Shown here: positions 61,835-64,000 of the stretch, in pieces
How the letters are laid out: every line of letters begins with the position of its first letter
Position numbering within the stretch: the first letter of the stretch is position 1
DNA from: an uncultured candidatus Porisulfidus sp.
GTDB taxonomy: Bacteria; Pseudomonadota; Gammaproteobacteria; Poriferisulfidales; Poriferisulfidaceae
Assembly: GCA_965204575.1 (NCBI GenBank)
Contig: OZ241993.1
Span: 448,001-512,000, forward strand
DNA length: 64,000 nt
Direction of reading: 5' to 3'
Notes under the pieces: generated by a model
The model's input: only the letters and a program-made list of their open reading frames with translations
Told to the model about the DNA's origin: nothing
Databases searched by the model: none
Position numbers and translations under genes: made by a program

Positions 61835-62218
61835 TCAGTGCAGGGAATGGGGGGTGGACAGGGTAAATGCGGGGATTTCGGCATCGAAGCAAGTGCCGTC
61901 GTCTCCCAGCATTTGATAGGACCCGTGCATGGAACCGACCGGAGTCTGCAACACGGTGCCGGAGGTGTAGCGGAAAGTTTCGCCCGGGGCCAGGTACGGC
62001 TGCTGGCCGACCACGCCCTCGCCATGCACTTCCTGGCGGTTCTCGGCACCATCAAGAATGATCCAGTGCCGGCTGACCAGGCGCGCCGGCAAACTGCCGG
62101 TGTTGGTGATGGTGATGGTGTAAGCGAAGACGAAACGACTGTCGTCCGGCTCGGACTGGTCCGGGAGGAACTGAGTCTCTACCTGAACATCGATGTTGTA
62201 GTCCTGCGTGGATGACAT
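61835..62218 (-). CDS. apaG: ApaG protein
   Basis: FAYTITI, SRHWII, GEGVVGQQP, GSMHGSY. Confidence 0.95.
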   Translation of the reverse strand: MSSTQDYNIDVQVETQFLPDQSEPDDSRFVFAYTITITNTGSLPARLVSRHWIILDGAENRQEVHGEGVVGQQPYLAPGETFRYTSGTVLQTPVGSMHGSYQMLGDDGTCFDAEIPAFTLSTPHSLH

Positions 62219-62415
62219 GCGAGCAAAGGATACTGGGATACCGCCGCGAATTATACCGGGTTGCGGAAGCAGGGAAGCGCCTTCCGATTGGAGTTGCAGT
62301 TCACCTAACCGCCCGCATTACGAGTTTGGCAGGCATTCTTTTATTTGAAGGCGCCTTGGAAAACCTTCCCAAGGCATTCCAAGGCAACCGGGGTGATCCG
62401 CCGCTGGAATCCCCG

Positions 62416-62724
62416 TCAGCCGAGCGCGTCGAGCCCTTTCTGGTCGACGAGGTTAAGCAATTTGAGAGAAGGGCCACTGGGTTGCTTTTCGCCCTGCTCC
62501 CATTTTTGCACGGTGGACAGACTGGCATTCAGATACGCGGCAAATACCGCCTGGCTGGCCCTGCAGCGCAATCGCAGTCTTTTGATCTGCCTAGCGCTGT
62601 ATATCTTGACGGGCGGCAAACACAACGCATCAAACTCACGCATCGTGGTTGCGTCCATCACGCCCGCCTTGTGCAGGCCTTTCGCCGTTTCGTGAACGAC
62701 CTCCAGAATCGGTTTATTCGCCAT
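62416..62724 (-). CDS. XRE-family HTH antitoxin (HigA-like)
   Basis: TMREFDALC, SQAVFAAYLN, VQKWEQGEKQPSG. Confidence 0.88.
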   Translation of the reverse strand: MANKPILEVVHETAKGLHKAGVMDATTMREFDALCLPPVKIYSARQIKRLRLRCRASQAVFAAYLNASLSTVQKWEQGEKQPSGPSLKLLNLVDQKGLDALG

Positions 62725-63094
62725 CTTTCTTTACCTCCACCAGTTCTTTAGCCTCAAGCGCCTTGTCGATTTGTGTCTCGCCATAATTCAGCAGATCCTC
62801 TGCTAGCCGTCGCAATGCCCTGAGCTCAGAATCAGAGATGGTCGCGCGAGCATTCTTGGCGAAGCCGTAGACGAAGAACACGCGGTGGTGGTCCCGTTTG
62901 AACACCAGCAAGACCCGCGCGCCACTACTTTTGCCGCGACCCGGCAATGCGACTCGTTTTTTGAAGACATGTCCACCAAGGTCCGCATCAACTAAACCAT
63001 GCCGCATCTCCTCGACTGCCGTGAGAAAACTCGTATCAGTCAGCCTTTCCTTGCTCGCCCAACGATGAACCCACCGAGTCTTGAAAACACGCAT
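62714..63094 (-). CDS. RelE/ParE-superfamily toxin (HigB-like, toxin-first order)
   Basis: RVFKTRW, DADLGGHVFKKRV, GKSSGAR, FVYGFAKN. Confidence 0.88.
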   Translation of the reverse strand: MRVFKTRWVHRWASKERLTDTSFLTAVEEMRHGLVDADLGGHVFKKRVALPGRGKSSGARVLLVFKRDHHRVFFVYGFAKNARATISDSELRALRRLAEDLLNYGETQIDKALEAKELVEVKKDGE

Positions 63095-63101
63095 GGCGTG
63101 G

Positions 63102-63134
63102 AGCAAAGTATAGCATTTAGTGCTACACTTTGCT
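63102..63134. promoter_or_regulatory. Palindromic operator over the TA promoter
   Basis: agcaaagtatagca-tttag-tgctacactttgct, 14-bp arms with one mismatch; contains minus-strand TGcTATACT -10. Confidence 0.75.
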
Positions 63135-63215
63135 GGAAGGAGTTCCTATATGGACACGGCTGAAATCGAAGCCACAGACACTTCGCCTGACAGCCAACGC
63201 ATCCGTCGAAAGGCA

Positions 63216-64000
63216 TTATATGGTCTCCCGCATGGGCTCTGCCTGCGGCAGGGCGCACAGCGCGTTCACTAACCGCATTTGCTCCACCGTCGCGCAATTT
63301 GTATTCAGAAGCCGCGGAGACGCGAATACCAGGCTCAGTCCCTGGCCTCGGCTGATCGCGACGTTAAGGCGCTCTCGCGAAAGCAGGAAATCCAGTCCGC
63401 GGGAGGTTTCCTCGGCCGTCGAGGCGGCCATCGAGACCAAGGCGACCGGCGCCTCCTGTCCTTGGAATTTGTCGACAGTGCCGACACGAATGTCAGGCAG
63501 GGCGTCGGAGAGCGCGTTCACCTGGGCATTGTAGGGCGCAACCACGATGACGTCGCTCTCGCGAAACGGGCACCGGTTTCCGTTTCGGTCAGTCCATGTA
63601 CCCGCCAACAATCTGTCGATCGTTCGACCGACGGCCTCCACCTCTTCAGGGCTGACCTGCGCACGGCTCTCATGCTCGACCGGCACGCGCCACGCGCCGG
63701 AGGGAGGGAGGTCTGGCGCTTCGACGACCTGAAGCGCGACCGAGGGGTGGCTGCGCAACCGGCCTTCGTAGAACTGTGCGGAAACATAGCCGCAGAGGTC
63801 GGGGTGCATTCTCCGGGTTTCCGGCAGGAAGATGCCGCGTTCCGGGGTGACGTTCCTCCCCTCTCCCAGCATCCAGTCGAGGCAGGAAAGGTTGGCCGGG
63901 TGCGGGTGTGCGCCCTGGGTCACCTGGGGAAGCTGGCGGGGGTCGCCGACAAGAACGAGATTGGCGGCGGCATTGGACATCGCGATCAGGTTGGCCAGCG
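63216..64000 (-). CDS. C-terminal part of an SF1 (DNA2/NAM7-like) helicase, probably a TM0106-family RecB nuclease-helicase; 5' end outside the window
   Basis: LVGDPRQLPQV, TRRMHP, VAPYNAQV, GTVDKFQGQEAP, RLNVAISR. Confidence 0.85.
   Translation of the reverse strand, partial: LANLIAMSNAAANLVLVGDPRQLPQVTQGAHPHPANLSCLDWMLGEGRNVTPERGIFLPETRRMHPDLCGYVSAQFYEGRLRSHPSVALQVVEAPDLPPSGAWRVPVEHESRAQVSPEEVEAVGRTIDRLLAGTWTDRNGNRCPFRESDVIVVAPYNAQVNALSDALPDIRVGTVDKFQGQEAPVALVSMAASTAEETSRGLDFLLSRERLNVAISRGQGLSLVFASPRLLNTNCATVEQMRLVNALCALPQAEPMRETI

Noticed and set aside
62290-62415. attC site after the TA pair (minus-strand GTTAGGT near 62303-62309)
   Set aside because: No matching RYYYAAC inverse core or convincing attC stem, and no integron integrase

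Overview
GC-rich chromosomal segment of a gammaproteobacterium (inferred from gene content and protein similarity). It is mostly housekeeping genes: arsR-rhodanese-grxC-secB-gpsA-pyrD; mnmG-rsmG-parA-parB; rpmH-rnpA-yidD-yidC-mnmE; yihA/cytochrome c4/dsbA/polA; a TRAP transporter; ubiJ-ubiB-uvrD; dapF-DUF484-xerC-ubiE; rplU-rpmA-obgE-proB-pepP-ubiH-ubiI; rpsT; lgt-thyA-folA; apaGH. Several accessory blocks interrupt them. The most interesting are: (1) a 9-gene operon at 30269-38734 that splits ubiE from ubiJ-ubiB and looks like an uncharacterised ion-driven envelope machine (MotA/TolQ/ExbB subunit, two vWA proteins each anchored by an ExbD/MotB-like Asp-bearing helix, a degenerate actin/Hsp70-fold protein, PEGA and FGE-fold proteins, a lipoprotein); (2) a low-GC defence islet at 43.9-46.9 kb with a BglII/BstYI-type R-M system facing an unnamed wHTH + wHTH-HEPN gene pair; (3) a candidate sigmaE-driven small RNA with C-rich loops downstream of polA; (4) repeated -10 boxes only 6-10 nt upstream of start codons, suggesting leaderless mRNAs. 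All annotations come from recognising motifs by eye; no database search was run.
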